Source of the DNA: Octopus sinensis
Lineage: Eukaryota
Assembly: GCF_006345805.1 (NCBI RefSeq)
Contig: NC_043016.1
Span: 9,238,001-9,302,000 of the forward strand
Length of the DNA: 64,000 nucleotides
Direction of reading: 5' to 3'
The notes beneath the pieces were generated by a model. That model saw only the letters and a list, made by a program, of their open reading frames with translations. It searched no databases and was not told the origin of the DNA. Numbering within the stretch: position 1 is the first letter of the stretch; each line of letters opens with the position of its first letter. Positions 11,040 to 25,002 of this stretch are shown here, one piece after another. Position numbers and translations under genes: made by a program.

Positions 11040-12813
11040 CATGTGTATAGAATATATTCCTTACAGTAGCAGACAAATGAGTTCTTCTTTTTGGCAAAAT
11101 TACTGGGTGCAAAATTGCAAGTGGTGAAAGTACCAGGTGCACATTTTTTGGTGACTGGTAATAAAGTCACCATAAAAAAAAGTCACTGTAATAAAGTCAC
11201 AATTTTAGCTAGGGAAAAAAAGTCACAATTAATTTATTGTGGCTGGTAATAAAGTCACAGGAAGAAAAGTCATACTTAATTTATGGGATTCAGACAAAAC
11301 TGCACTAGGACAAAACCTTCCCAGACCCCCACTCCAGGACAAAACCCTGTGCCTTTCGGTGACTTTTTTTTACCTGGATTCGAATTTTCAGGTGGTGAAA
11401 TGACTGAGTACTGTAAAAAGCATCAAGTCCACACTGTAAAGAGGTTGGCAGTTGGAAAGGCATCCAGCTGTAAAAACCATGCCAAAAATGACCTCTCCTG
11501 TGCTAGTGTCATGTAAAAAGCACTCAGTTCACTCTGTGGGGTGTTTGGCATTCAAAAGGGTATCCAACCGTAAAAACCATGCCAAAACATACACAGTAGC
11601 TTGGTGTAGTCTTTTACCTGGCTAGTTCCTATCAAACAATCCAATCTATGCTAGCATGGAAGGCAGACGTTAAAAAATGATGATGATGATGATGTATGTA
11701 TATTTATACACGAATGCATATATATATGCACACACATATCATCATCATCATCCTCATTTACCACCCCCATTTACCAAAGTGCCATCTTGACATGAACAGA
11801 AAAGCCAGAGAGTTGAATCAAGTTCTGATATCTGCTTTGCCATAGCCTCAGATGGCTTCAGCAACTGGATGTTGTTCTACACATCAACCACCTCACATAA
11901 TGTATTGGGTGCATGTTATGCAACACGAGCATTGGTGAGGTCACCATGTACTCACAAGACAAGACAAGACAAGACCCCTACCCGTCAACTAAGTACCAAG
12001 GGATAAAAACCTGAGATAAAGGTATAGTAGAAGACACATGTCCAAGGTATCTTGCAGTGGGATTGAACCCCAAAAGTATGTGGCTGCAAAGCAAGGGTCT
12101 TAACACACCCAGGCATGTGCTTACACCTGAATAAGAAGAAGAAAAAAAAAACGAAAGTAAAGAAAAAAGAAAAACCAAAAAAATATATAATTGAATGGTT
12201 TCTGCTGGAATACTTTGATTTTTATGGTTCTTGATCAAAGCTGTATTGAGGTTAGCCTACATCAACAATTTTTAAGATTTTAATTTGTGATTGATTTAGT
12301 TTACTTTTGAAAAATTACAAATCTATTTCTCTCCTCAATTTTTAAAATGGAACTACTTTTAATATCAGTTATAATGTGAGTAAATGTGGTAAATACGACT
12401 ATCACAGTATGAAAAAAATATTCGTAGAATATGAAAATATGAATTAATAAATTACCATAACCTATAATTTAAAATGAAATGGTCCTTAGTACTATTTTAG
12501 TCACAAGACCAGCAGTTTGAGGGCAAGAGGCAGATGTTCAATTCATTGTTTGAAAGGATGAAAAGCAAAGTTGACCTCAACGGAATTTGAACTCAAAAAT
12601 AAAGATGGACGAAATGCCATTTAAGCATTGGTCCAGCATGCAACCGATTCTGCTAAATAATGGCTTCGAATTTTGGCACAAAGTCAGCATGATCAGGTTA
12701 GGTGTTAAGATTGACAGCAGTGCACAACTATTTTATTGACCCCACAAAAGATTGAAAGGCAAAGTCCACCTCAGAGGAAATTGAACTCAGAACGTAAAGA
12801 TGGATGAAATGTT

Positions 12814-13168
12814 GCGTAGGAGTGGCTGTGTGGTAAGTAGCTTGCTTACCAACCACATGGTTCCGGGTTCAGTCCCACTGCATGGCACCTTGAGCAAGTG
12901 TTTTCGACTATAGCCTCAGGCCAACCGAAGCCTTGTGAGTGGATTTGGTAGACGGAAACTGAAAGAAGCCTGTCGTATAAATGTATAAAAAAAAACACAA
13001 TATATACGACAGGCTTCTTTTAGTTTCCATCTATCAAAACCACTCGCAAGGCTTTGGTTGGCCCGAAGCTATAGTAGAAGACACTTGCCCAAGGTGCCAC
13101 GCAGTGGGACTGAACCTGGAACCATGTGGTTTGTAAGCAAGCTACTTACCACACAGCCACTTCTGCGC
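12814..13168. mobile_element. Tail-to-tail inverted dimer of OR2-like SINE 5' halves
   Basis: Arms 12814-12978 (+) and 13003-13168 (-), 24-nt spacer. Confidence 0.85.
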
Positions 13169-13595
13169 CTATATATATATATATATATTCAATATTATCA
13201 GTTAATAGCCTTGTAAAATGCATTTAAAAGCGCCTGAACTGTTATTGGCTACTATATGCTATCATACAGCAGGGTTATTTCTTGAGCGGGATGATAAACA
13301 TGCACAATTCAGTTAGTGAATGGAATTTATATAAGAATTTATACAAGAAGATGGAAAAAACAGGCTTTAATTTAAAGCAATTTTATGAAATGGTATGGGA
13401 ATGAAAACTCAGCAATTTACAGCTGTTGTCACAGCACAGAAACAAATGTTGCAATCTACAATTATAGCCTGTTTATTCCATCTCCTTGTTCAATATACAT
13501 ACATACATACATGCATACATGCATACATAGATACATACATACATACATACATACATACATACATACATACATACATACATACATACGTGTGTGTG

Positions 13596-14348
13596 TGTAG
13601 GATCTTGCAGGCATGAAGTGGATTCGATCTACCATAGCTAAATTTAAATTAAGAGTTCGACAGAACTTTTCTCACAGTGGAAAAATGTTTTTTTTTTCAG
13701 TGTCAGCAGTTTTACATTTGCCAGATTGCCTTTAGCTAGGCCAAAATAATGTCTTCACCCCTTGAACCTTATAACCGCTTCTACTTCACCAAAAGCTAGA
13801 ATTAAGATATCACAGTACCACCACCAATGAAGCTCATTGTTCTCAATGATATGTTTATCCTTCTGGATAGTTATAAAAGCATAAAACCCAAGCAAAAAGA
13901 TAGTTCAGTCACTTGGTAATGACTCAACGAGTTAGTCACTCCGGTGACAACAAAGTCTGGCTGACCAACCTTGGTCAGAGGGAGAAATGAAGTTTACTGT
14001 CAGCAACTGTGAGACAACATCCCACAACCCTAAAACTCCCACTAGCTCTAATTCTGTTCTCTTACAACATCATTCTATCTCTCTCTGTAATTACTACTAA
14101 ACAACGAAGAGGATACAAACACAAACTTTACTTCGCATGCTTTTGGATTTATCAAAACCTGCCCGTCGAGGCAAGGTATTGTAACATAATGGTAAATAAA
14201 TACTTCCTTAAAACTTCATGTATTGTTCATCATTCACATCCTACAGTATGCAATTATAACAACAAAAATTTTATCGTTGCAACTGCTGACTCCGACATTT
14301 CATATTATTGTGTACCTAATCAATCTTACCCGTTACAATTGGTGACCC
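13596..14348 (+). mobile_element. Gypsy-like LTR (TGTAG...TTACA, about 740 bp) followed by a tRNA-Trp-type primer binding site
   Basis: Ends CGTTACA at 14337, then AT+TGGTGACCC (14340-14348), complementary to the tRNA-Trp 3' end; internal region lost after about 60 bp. Confidence 0.62.
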
Positions 14349-14715
14349 TCTACTTCAACTAAAAACTTAACCGCAACAAACTGGCGACCCCATGGGAAAA
14401 GAATTGCTGCCTTCTGAAACTGCATTACCAACAGTCACACACACACACTGTTCATGTTTGGATTAACTATATATATATATATATATACTGGAGTATGCAC
14501 ATAAATGTGAAACAAGGTGGAAAAAAGAGTACATGTAACTTGTATCATTGGTCCTTCTATTGGGTAAACAAGGTGTAATCCATGTATAGCAGATGCATTC
14601 TCTATGTTCAACAATGTTTCATAGTAGCCATTCCTTGATGGTTTCTTTTCTTTGATATTGATCGTGAGTTTGTCTTTATCATTCTGAATACACTTCTCAC
14701 CAATGTTATCTCAAT

Positions 14716-14746
<31 letters not shown>

Positions 14747-14831
14747 ACTCTTTTTCTCCTTTTTCCTTCTTCACTCACGTTTGTGTTTTGTTCAGTTTTG
14801 GATTTGTATTTTAATGCAGTTTTATATTATA

Positions 14832-15220
14832 CTAGCAGTATCGCCCGGAGTTGCTCGGGTTTGTAAGGGAAATAAGTATATAAGCATTTTTAGAGATGTA
14901 AAGTATAATAGCCATCTCAATATGGCTAACCACTAAGGAGGGGGGGTGTTACTGTAGCTTTTTTACGTTCTGAGATTTAATAATACATTTTTAGAGAGTT
15001 ACTTCCCTTATATTATAGCAAAAAAATGGGAAAAAATGATGGTAAATTTTTTTTTAAATCGTAGACTCATCGTAGACGCGCGCTAATACCCAGAAGGGCT
15101 CGATATGAATCATGACTATAAGATACCCGCTTTTGGTTACACTGCACCACAAAATGTGGGAGTAGTTAGGAATCTAAATCGTAGGAGACAGACACACAAC
15201 TTCACTTTTATATATAAAGA
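14832..15220 (-). mobile_element. Non-autonomous Helitron, family H2
   Basis: TCTTTATATATAAAAGTG 5' end; CCCGAGCAACTCCGGG hairpin + CTAG|T. Confidence 0.85.
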
Positions 15221-15832
15221 TATGTACCATATACATACATGTTATATTCCAATGACTATTTCCTTCTGATTATAAAAAAAAAGAGAAAGAAAATATAAAT
15301 ACAGACAGACAGACAAATAGATAGGCACAGGCATGGCTGTTGGTAAGTAGCTTGCTTACCAACCACATGGTTCTGGGTTCAGTCCCACTGCGTGACACTT
15401 TGGGCAAATATTTTCTATTATAGTCTTGGGTAGACCAAACCCTTGTGAGTAGATTTGATAGATGGAAACTGAAAGAAGCCCATCAAATATATGTATATAT
15501 TTGAGTGTGTGTGTGTGTGCATGTGTACCTCTATCGCTTGACAACTGATGCTGATGTGTTTACGTCCCCGTAACTTCGAGGTTCGGTAAAAGAGACCAAT
15601 AGAATAGGTACTAAGCTTACAAAGAATAAGTCTTGGGGTCAATTTCTTTGACTAAATGCGGTACTCCAGCATGGCCGCAGTCAAATGACTGAAACAAGTA
15701 AAAGAATACGTATGTATAAGTTCCACTGTGTGTGCATGTGCGTGTGAGAGTACTTGTGTCGACTTTGGTAAAATAAATTTGGATTCTGCAAATGTATTGA
15801 GTAAGTCTTCAATTCAATGTTGAATTGATATG

Positions 15833-16254
15833 GGATCTTTTCGGTTTGAACGGCAGTTTTTTCTAGCGGTGTCATATGAAATTGTCACCCATAATTATGA
15901 CCCTAGTGTCGATCTATCGCATTTCAATCTGTTTTAGGGTTAGGGTTAGTTAGGGGTGGGGGGAAGGGTATCTTTTTTTCTTCAGAAATGTAAATAAACC
16001 CAATCTGTTTCTTAAACGAGGGACATATTCATACGGCACAGAATGTTTTCACCTCAATAGACGTCACTGATTGGTTGAAATTGCAGAAATTGAAGAAGAA
16101 AAAAACAACAAATGTCTTACAAACTATAGAATTTTCTCAATAAGCCAAGAGAAAGAGATGTTTTATAAACACATTCTACCAGTATACGAAGATTAAAAGT
16201 GTTTAGTTACGTGGAAATTATATTAAAAAACTGCCGGTCAAACCGAAAAGATCC
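15833..16254 (+). mobile_element. MITE (about 420 bp, GGATCTTTTCGGTTTGAACGGCAG TIRs, internal TTAGGG repeats)
   Basis: TIRs visible; no TSD evident for this copy. Confidence 0.85.
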
Positions 16255-16619
16255 TAAAAAAAAAAAACAGGAATATATACACGTGTGTGTGTGTGTGATA
16301 TCATTTTATCAATTCGGGAAGTGCACACACAAGAGCAAATCCATAACAAAATTATTAGAGAAACAGAGTTATGTCCCCTGCCTTGAAAAGCAATATAATA
16401 TCCAAAGGTAAAAACGATTATAATAACAGAAATAAAAAGGTCACTGTGATCTAATTTTATAATTTGAAGTAGCATACAGTTTATCTCTTATTATAAAAGT
16501 TAGTTCTACTTTTATTACTAGTGTCTCCGACAGAAAAAAGTATCGTAGAAAATATCGCAATTTTGGCAAGAAAAAAATTTACAAGAAAAAATTTCACTTT
16601 TCATTTAAATACTATAGGC

Positions 16620-16830
16620 ATTTAAAAAATTTTATTTTATTATTTTATAACAAATTTTTATTTTTATTTTATTATTTTATAACAAATTTTATTTTATTAT
16701 TTTATTATTTTATAACAAATTTTTATTTTATTATTTTATTATTTTATAACAAACTTTTATTTTATTATTTTATTATTTTATAATAAATTTTTATTTTTAT
16801 TTTATTATTTTATAATAAAATAAAAATTAT
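16620..16830. repeat. AT-rich minisatellite, unit about 27-29 bp (TTTTATTTTATTATTTTATAACAAAT-like)
   Basis: About 7 imperfect tandem units visible. Confidence 0.85.
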
Positions 16831-17028
16831 TTTAAATAAGTTATTAACGGATAAGACATTACTTGTACACAATTTATATTTGATGATATTACACATGTGA
16901 AAAGAGAACATTTTATTCAATTTCATAAGCAAAGACAAAGAAATAAAAGTCATTCATTTATTAAAAAATACTTGACATGTACAGACGGAAAACACCTTAC
17001 ATTGTATCGTGGTATTAGGAGTACATAA

Positions 17029-17261
17029 GGCGGCGAACTGGCAGAAACGTTAGCACGCCGGACGAAATGCTTAGCAGTATTTCATCTGCCGCTACGTTCT
17101 GAGTTCAAATTCTGCCGAGGTCGACTTTGCGATTCATCCTTTCGGGGTCAATTAAATAAGTACCAGTTACGCACTGGAGTTGATATAATCGACTCAATCC
17201 GTTTCTCTGGTCCTTGTTTGTCCCCTCTGTGTGCAGCCCCTTGTGGATAGTAAAAAAAAAA
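17029..17261 (+). mobile_element. tRNA-derived SINE with Nin/Deu-like central domain (OK-like), monomer
   Basis: GGCGG..GAGCTGGCAGAA head, GAGTTCAAATTC B box, GGTCGACTTTGCCTTTCATCCTTTCGGGGTC core; imperfect 16-bp TSD 17011-26/17262-77. Confidence 0.8.
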
Positions 17262-18160
17262 GGTATTACAAGTACATTCAGTATTTTTAAGGTTGACGAC
17301 TAAAGACGACTATTCCAGTCAACACCATGAGAATAAATGGTTCTCTCTTCGAGTAAAGGCATTCTTGTAACTGTGCATAATGCCAACTAACTTTGCTTTC
17401 CTGTTAAATTTTTTACCATGATTTCTTTTTCCTGTAACATTCTTCCCTGGATTTTTTACTATTATGGCTACTCTGGTGATGCAGTAGGCTACAACATCAT
17501 TCTTAGATACCTTTACTGTCAACTTCAAAACATGGTAATAACGTGCCATTATGCTATCACTATATTGGATTTAGAAGACATAGCCAAGAATTTTCTTGAA
17601 ATATTATTGGACTTAGAAAACTAGAAAGAAAATATTAAAAGTCATAAATATAAATAGATTAACTTGTTACCATTTAGAATACTTCTCATTCTGTCAAATT
17701 TAAGACTTATTTACTCGAATAGAGGTTAAAAAAAAGTCACAGGTAAAAAAGACACAGCAAAAAAGTCACAGGTGTTTTGTCCAAGGTGGTTTTGTTATGG
17801 GTTGTTTTGAACTTTTTTCCTGTGACTTTATTACTGGCCACCATAAATTAACTGTAACTTTATTACCAGTCGCCATTTATTCACATTATTTTGAATTAAT
17901 CATGTATTGTCTTGTAACTTTGAGAATTCGAAGACTTGATTGTTTATTTTTTTTTAGAATGATATTGTAGGGTAGGTGTGAGAGGCTGGATCTGGTTGTT
18001 TTGAACATAAAACAGGTAGAATATATGGAGTGGATATGACCAGTTTAAATGCTAAAGGACTAAACTTCAACACAGTCAAGTCTTCAATATAATATGGCTG
18101 AGAAGTTTGCTTCACAATCTTGAGATTTCAGGTTCTATTCCAATGTATAGCATCTTCATT

Positions 18161-18512
18161 TCAAACTCCACTTGTCTAACACCCGTCGACAAGTTTACAA
18201 AGTCAGAAAACAGCACAGCTCCCATGACTTTCGGAAACATTTTTTCACACTAAGAGCTGCTGAAGCATGGAACAAACTGCCAGCATCAGTTGTTAGTTGT
18301 CGGAGCACTGCATCCTTCAAAACTGCCATGCTTTCTGAGATTCGCCAACACTACACCTGATTTTCTCCCCTCCATACACACGCAAGCATGTATCTGACTC
18401 ATACACTCTCCACTTTCCAGATATTTGTACATTACTGCATATACTTTATACTCACTTTTGACAAGTTTTGGTGCACCGGAGCACTGTATACAATAATTTC
18501 ATTATTATTATT
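18161..18512 (+). mobile_element. CR1-type LINE extreme 3' end
   Basis: HDFRKHFFTLRAAEAWNKLPASVV; (ATT)n tail; close copy of the end of 19046-19812. Confidence 0.9.
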
Positions 18513-18584
18513 TCAGTAAGTGTTGTCCACTATATTCTCTTATGAGTGAATTTGGTAAGTGAAATCTATACAGAAGCCTGTCAT

Positions 18585-18597
18585 ATCTATCTATCTG

Positions 18598-18644
<47 letters not shown>

Positions 18645-18649
18645 GTCTA

Positions 18650-18692
<43 letters not shown>

Positions 18693-18765
18693 GCCTGCCT
18701 GCCTGCCTGCCTGCCTGCCCGTCCGTCCGTCTGTCCATCCATCTATCCAGCTCTCTCTCTCTCTC
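18585..18765. repeat. Compound microsatellite CTAT>CTGT>CTGC>CCGT>CCAT>CT
   Basis: Directly visible. Confidence 0.95.
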
Positions 18766-19045
18766 TCTTGTTGTTTATCTTTTGTTTCAGTCATTAGACT
18801 GTGGCCATGCTGGGGCACTGCTTTGAATTTTTAGTCAAATGAATTGGCCGCAAGACCTATTTTTTAAACGTTGTACTTATTCTATTGGTCTCTTTTGCTG
18901 AAGTGCTAAGTTACAGGGATGCAAGCACACCAACACAGGTTGTCAAGCAGTGGTGGAGAGGACAAACACATACACATAGATACAGACAGACACGCACACA
19001 CACACACACACATACACACATACATATATATGTATATATATATGT

Positions 19046-19812
19046 GACTTGGGTGTTATTGTCGACAGTGATTTGCGTTGGACAAAACACATCGCTAAAA
19101 TTGTCAAGAAGGCTGAGGGTGTCTTGGCATCACTCACCAAATCCTTTGTGAGCCGCTCTCTGACTATCTATCTGTGGCTTTATATAGCTATGGTAAGACC
19201 TCACCTGGAATTTGCATCACCTGTCTGGAACCCCTATCTTGCCCAGGATATCAATCGTCTGGAAGACATTCAGCGACGTGCAACCAAAAGAATACCCTCT
19301 ATCAGGCATTTGCCATATCCTGAACGCCTTACTTCCCTGGGCATGGACACATTGAAACTCCGATGCCTGGTAGCTGACTTGGCAGACATCCATAAAATTA
19401 TCACCCATCGTACAAACAATAACTCTGAGCACCTTTTCAAACTCCACCTCTCTAACACCCATGGACATGTTTACAAAGTCAGAAAACAGCACGGCTCCCA
19501 TGACTTCAGGAAACATTTTTTCACGCTGAGAGTTGCTAAAGCATGGAACAAACTGCCAGCATCAGTTGTTAGTTGTCAGAGCACTGCATCCTTCAAAACT
19601 TCCATGCTTTCTGAGATTCGCCAACACTACACCTGATCTCCTCCCCTCCATACACACACAAGCATGTATCTAACTCATACATTGTTCACTTTCCAGACAT
19701 TTTTACATTACTGCATGTACTTTATATGCACTTTCTGACAAGTTGTGGTGCACCTGAGCACTGTATACAATAATTTCCTTATTATCATTATTATTATTAT
19801 CATTATTATTAT
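19046..19812 (+). mobile_element. CR1-type LINE 3' fragment (open 195-aa ORF)
   Basis: DLGVIVDSDLRW..VRPHLEFASPVWNP..LEDIQRRATK..RVAKAWNKLP; (ATT)n tail. Confidence 0.93.
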
Positions 19813-19825
19813 ATATATATATATA

Positions 19826-20372
19826 TCATCATCATCATCATCATCATCATCATTTAACGTCCGCTTTCCATGCTAGCATGGGTTGGACGGTTCAACTGGG
19901 GTCTGGGGAGCCCGAAGGCTGCACCAGGCCAGTCAGATCTGGCAGTGTTTCTACAGCTGGATGCCCTTCCTAACGCCAACCACTCCGAGAGTGTAGTGGG
20001 TGATTTTATGTGCCACTGACACAGCTGCCAGACGAGGCTGGCGAACGGCCACGCTCGGATGGTGTTTTTTATGTGCCACCGACACAGGTGCCAGATGAGG
20101 CTGGCGAACGGCCACGATCGGATGGTGTTTGTTACGTGCCCACAGCACGGAGGCCAGTCGATGCGGTACTGGCTACGGCCATGTTCGGATGGTTTTCTTG
20201 TGTGCCACCGGCACTGGTACCACAAAGATACAAATTCCATTGATGTTCATCTATTTTGATTTGATTTGATTTTATTTTCACTTGCCTCAACAGGTCTTCA
20301 CAAGTGTCACAAGAAGGAAGGTATGCACAGGTGGACTGACTACGTCCCAGGTAGGGGCCACGGGTTATGGCC
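19826..20372 (-). mobile_element. RTE LINE 3' UTR fragment with internal repeats of about 63 bp and a (GAT)n tail
   Basis: TGGTTGGCGTTAGGAAGGGCATCCAGCTGTAG...AAACGATGATG terminus, shared with the RT-bearing copy at 43800-45300. Other copies near 2858-3180, 10325-10530, 27402-27864, 32705-33345, 50315-50530, 50980-51530, 59040-59340, 60530-60850, 62860-63530. Confidence 0.85.
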
Positions 20373-20409
<37 letters not shown>

Positions 20410-20683
20410 TATATATATTATACATATATATATATGTATGTATACAACAGACGAGCTTCTTTTAGTTTCAATCTACCACTCACAATGCTTTGGCTGCCCC
20501 AAAGCTATTAGTAGAAGACACTTGCTCAAGGTGCCATGCAGTGGGACTGAACCCGGAACCATGTGATTGGGAAGCAAACTTCTTACCACACAGTCATGCC
20601 TGCACACCTGTCTATCTATCTGTCTGTGTGTCTGGATCAATTAATCTACCTGTCTAACAGTGTGCGTATGTGTTCATGTGTGT

Positions 20684-20740
<57 letters not shown>

Positions 20741-21115
20741 TGTGTGTGTCTATCTGTCTGTTTATCTCTGTGTGTCTTTACAGTGACACTATTTTAGCAT
20801 TGTTGGCTTGGTATCCAAATATGAATGACCTTCATTGTCGTTTCCAAGAGGAAACGTTCGACTGTGACTCGCTGATTTTAAACTTGGTCATTGTAGTTAA
20901 ATTTTACAAACATGGTTTTTAGCTGCTATTTTTAGCATAGAGATTCCTCAATGTCTCATATGCCAAAATTGATATTATTGTAATGAGAATTATTTTCTTG
21001 TTTTTATTAAAGGAATTTTCACTTGCTGAACTTCAACTTGGGAGGGACATTCTGATCACTTCATCTCTATTATCTGTCTCCAGCTTCTACTGTTCATCCA
21101 TTTTCTTCCATACCA

Positions 21116-21311
21116 CAAGGGGGTGCTGAAAAGTTCCTGTCTCCAAGGGTATCACGAAAGGTCTGGTTGGAGGCCCACACTTCTAAGTTCTTTTACAGGA
21201 CTGCTGCAATGAGTGTGAATCTGAGAGGGGAATATATTAAATAAAATCACAATTAACTGATCCTCCTGTTTTTCATTTACCCAAAGCCAGGAACTTTTCA
21301 CCACCTCCTTG
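21116..21311 (+). mobile_element. mariner-derived MITE
   Basis: TIRs GGGGTGCTGAAAAGTTCCTG / CAGGAACTTTTCACCACC; retains a transposase C-terminal remnant (C.NLRGEYI*); TA follows the right end. Confidence 0.75.
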
Positions 21312-21442
21312 TATGTGTAAGTAACCATGCTGCTCTTTTACAAGAACTTGCTTTGCCACTCCACATTCCACCTTCTCTCATAACAGGAGGTTATGGTCTT
21401 GCAAACTGTATGGTAACCTCAGTTGTTCTGGTGGCATATATA

Positions 21443-22032
21443 AGGCGGTGAGCTGGCAGAATCGTTAGCACACTGGGCGAAATGCTTAGCGGTATTTCGT
21501 CTGCCACTATGTTCTGAGTTCAAATTCCGCCGAGGTCGACTTTGCCTTTCATCCTTTCGGGTGGTTGATTAAATAAGTACCAGTTATGCACTGGGGTCGA
21601 TGTAATCGACTTAATTCATTTGTCTGTCCTTGTTTATCTCCTCTGTATTTAGCCCCTTGTGGGTAGTAAAGAAATAGTTATTTCGTCTGCCGCTACGTTC
21701 TGAGTTCAAATTCTGGCAAGGTCGACTTTGCCTTTCATCCTTTCGGGGTCGATTAAATAAGTACCAGTTACGCATTGGGGTCGATATAATCGACTTAATC
21801 CATTTGTTTGTCCTCTCTGTGTTTAGCCCTTTGTAGGTAGTAAAGAAATTGGTATTTCGTCTGCCACTACGTTCTGAGTTCAAATCCGGCAAAGTCGACT
21901 TTGCCTTTCATCCTTTCGGGGTCAATTAAATAAGTACCAGTTACGCACTGTGGTCGATATAATCGACTTAATCAGTTTTTCTGTCCTTGTTTATCTCCTC
22001 TGTGTTTAGCCCCTTGTGGGCAGTAAAGAAAT
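21443..22032 (+). mobile_element. Nin-domain SINE trimer (one head + three body units of about 180 bp)
   Basis: Units rejoin at ...AAAGAAAT(A/T)G(G/T)|TATTTCGTCTG. Confidence 0.85.
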
Positions 22033-22239
22033 AACATATAAAAGCATTCAGCATACACAATGTAAAGTGGTTGGCATTAGGAAGGGCATCCAACTGTAGA
22101 AACAATGCCAAAGCAAACACTTGAACCCACTGGTGTGAATCCAGTCAAACCATTCCAACATGGAACATGGATGGTATATGATGATTGTAGTGATGCACCA
22201 GTCAAATTTTGCAACAGCATTACATCACATATGAAAAAA

Positions 22240-22435
22240 TCCGGGCTAGTCTAGTCTGGAGAACGTGAAAACCAGTTGACATTGCCACAGCGGGAGACTA
22301 TTCTCCCTCCAAAGTACTGCCATAGCAACTGCATTCTTTCTCTTGCAGTATGAGCTGTTGCCCCATCTTGCTGGAACCATGTGTGAGGTCTACTTTAAAT
22401 GGCTTTCACGTTCCCAAAGTTCCGAACCATGATGT
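22240..22435 (-). mobile_element. Tc1/mariner-superfamily transposase remnant
   Basis: TWFQQDGATAHTAR..YFGGRIVSR..NW..RSPD*TSPDFF. Confidence 0.85.
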
Positions 22436-22950
22436 ACATATTTTTCTGCATATTTAGAAAAAAAAAAAAAAAATTCTCAAAAAAAAATTTTACGAAGATT
22501 TTTGGAAATATTTTTCAGAATCATAATCTTGGTATTTTTTGCATATTTTGGGGGGAAAAAATTCTGTAAAAAGTTTAAAATAAAGGAAACTTTTTATGAA
22601 ATTAGTTATTAGGTTACATTAATTTTGTGATTCTTGTAACTGATTTTAAATTTGCTGGTCAGAACAACGGAGTTATCTACCCTACCCTGAAGAACAACAA
22701 TATTGCAATAAACTAAATAATATTAATAATGATGAAAAAAAAAAAAAAAGGTCACCGTATCCTAATTTAATTATCAAGGGTACTTTTATTAATAAGCTGA
22801 ATTACTTGCAACCGTTTCAGTTCGTTGTGAGCTCAAATCAAACCAAGGATGTCTTCAATATTCATTCATCCAGAGTTTACAAAATAGGTATCAGGACAGT
22901 ACTGACACAATTAAAATCACACACACACAGACACTATATATATATATATT

Positions 22951-24310
22951 TCAGGTGTGGTAGCAAGGTCTAGAATCGAAGGGCCTTAGAGTTAAGCTAG
23001 CAAATACCAAATTCTTGGTAAGTAGGAAGGTGGAAAAATCACGAATTCTTTCAGGTAGATGGCCCTGCTCGATCTGTAGAAAAGGTGCAGGTAGAAAAGC
23101 CATAAGATGCACCTGATGTAATAAGCTATGGACCCATAAGAGGTGCAGCAACATCAAAGGAAGGCTAACTGGGAAGATAGGTTTTGTATGTGGCAGATGC
23201 CCAGGTGCAATAAACACTGGAGATGTACAGAAAACAGATTCCATCACATTCCAGGGGAAAAAACTACCAGTAGTTGACAGCTTCTATTACCTAGGTGATC
23301 AAGTCAGAAGCGGTGGGTGGGGATGCTCTGAGAGCGTAGCTGCTAGAATAAGAATAGCTTGGGCAAAGTTCAGAGAGTTCCTACCTCTGCTGATAACAAT
23401 GGGCCTCTTGCTCAGAGTGAAAGATAGACTGTGTAATGCCTTTATGCAAACAGCCATGCTACTCAGCAGTGAAACATAGGCTGTGACTGCTGAGCACATG
23501 CATAGGCTTGAAAGAAATGAAGCTAGTATGCTCCACTGGATGTGCAATGTCAGTGTGCATACACGACAGAGTGTAAGTGCCCTGAGAGAAAAGTTGGACA
23601 TAAGGAGCATCAGATGTGGTGTGCAAGAGAGCTGACTGTGCTGGTATAGCCATGTGATGTGTATGGATGAGGACGGCTGTGTGAGGAGGTGTCGTACCTA
23701 AACAGTGGAGGGAACCTGAAGAAGACATGGGATGAAGTGGTGAAGCACAGCCTTCAAACGTTGGACCTCACAGAGGCAATGACAAGTGACTGAAACCTTT
23801 GGAGATATGTTGTGTTTGAGGAGACTTGGCAAACCAAGTGAGATCGTAGTCGTGGCTGATGCCAGTGTTGCATAACCTGCCTGTTTAAAAGCACCCTTCT
23901 ATTTCTTTACTACCCACAAGGGGCTAAACACAGAGGGGACAAACAAGGACAGACAAACGGATTAAGTCAATTATATCGAACCCTGTGCGTAACTAGTACT
24001 TAATTTATCGACCCCGAAAGGATGAAAGGCAAAGTTGGCCTCGGTGGAATTTGAACTCGGATTGTAACAGCAGACGAAATACGGCTACGCATTTCGCCTG
24101 GTGTGCTAACGTTTCTGCCAGATCGCCACCTTTAAAAGCACCCTTCAATCATTGGGTAATATGCCGTGCTTGTAAAGACCTGTTGAACCAAGTGAAATTG
24201 TAGTTGTGGCTGATGCCAGTACAACCTGACTGGCATGTAAAATGCACCATTCGAGCGTAGCCAATACCAGTGTCACCTGATTGGCACTTGTGCTGGTGAC
24301 ATGTAAAATG
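22951..24310 (+). mobile_element. RTE LINE 3' fragment with Cys-rich (PHD-like) insert, degenerate
   Basis: WPCSICRKG..IRC..WTHKRCSNIKGRL..CGRC..DSFYYLG..RIAWAKFREFLPLL; stops/frameshifts; UTR carries a SINE. Confidence 0.9.
23900..24130 (-). mobile_element. Nin-domain SINE inserted in an RTE 3' UTR
   Basis: 16-bp TSD TTTAAAAGCACCCTTC 23884-23899/24131-24146. Confidence 0.9.
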
Positions 24311-24778
24311 CACCATTCATTTCTGTTTATGATATTCTCTGTACATAATTTTGCTTTCTCGGTGGTCGAAGCAAATCAATGACTTCATGCTGTAGCTGTT
24401 TTTCTTCCTATGTGATTTAAAGCATTTTTTTTTTATATGTAGCATTTCTACATTAGAAATGAGTTCCGAACATGCTATTTAAGTTTGCTGAAACTTATCT
24501 CCTGCCATAAAATCTTCGATGATATTATGATACCAGAAATAAATCACAGCTTTAATCCCCACCTCATAAAAACCTACCATCCAATGAGTGGAACACCTCA
24601 AACGGGACGTTTTCACTCAAAACAACCTAAATGGGATAAAGAGTACATGCATCACAATAACTATAACACCAAGTGTGTGTGTGTGTAGACTTACAATATA
24701 TCCTATTGTTAAGAAAATTTTACACAATCATTCAATAAAACTCAAATGGGATAAAGAATACATGCTTTATCCACTTAA

Positions 24779-24998
24779 CCCTTTTGTTACTGTATTTATT
24801 TTGAGATGCTTTGTGTTTCTTTCAATTACTATAAATATAACAAAGAATTTTGTAAAATGACTTGGTTATCATTCAGCTTGTATTAGGAACATAAATTGTG
24901 ACTAAGGTTTGATGGAAGATTTTAATTCAAAACTTTTGAAAACAGGACATTTGTACTCAGAGCCAGAGCCGGTTTCAGCCGGGTTGGTAACAAAAGGG
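24779..24998. mobile_element. piggyBac-like MITE (TTAA|CCCTT...AAGGG|TTAA)
   Basis: TTAA at 24775-78 and 24999-25002; two more adjacent copies at 34587-34801 and 34833-35054. Confidence 0.85.
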
Positions 24999-25002
24999 TT
25001 AA

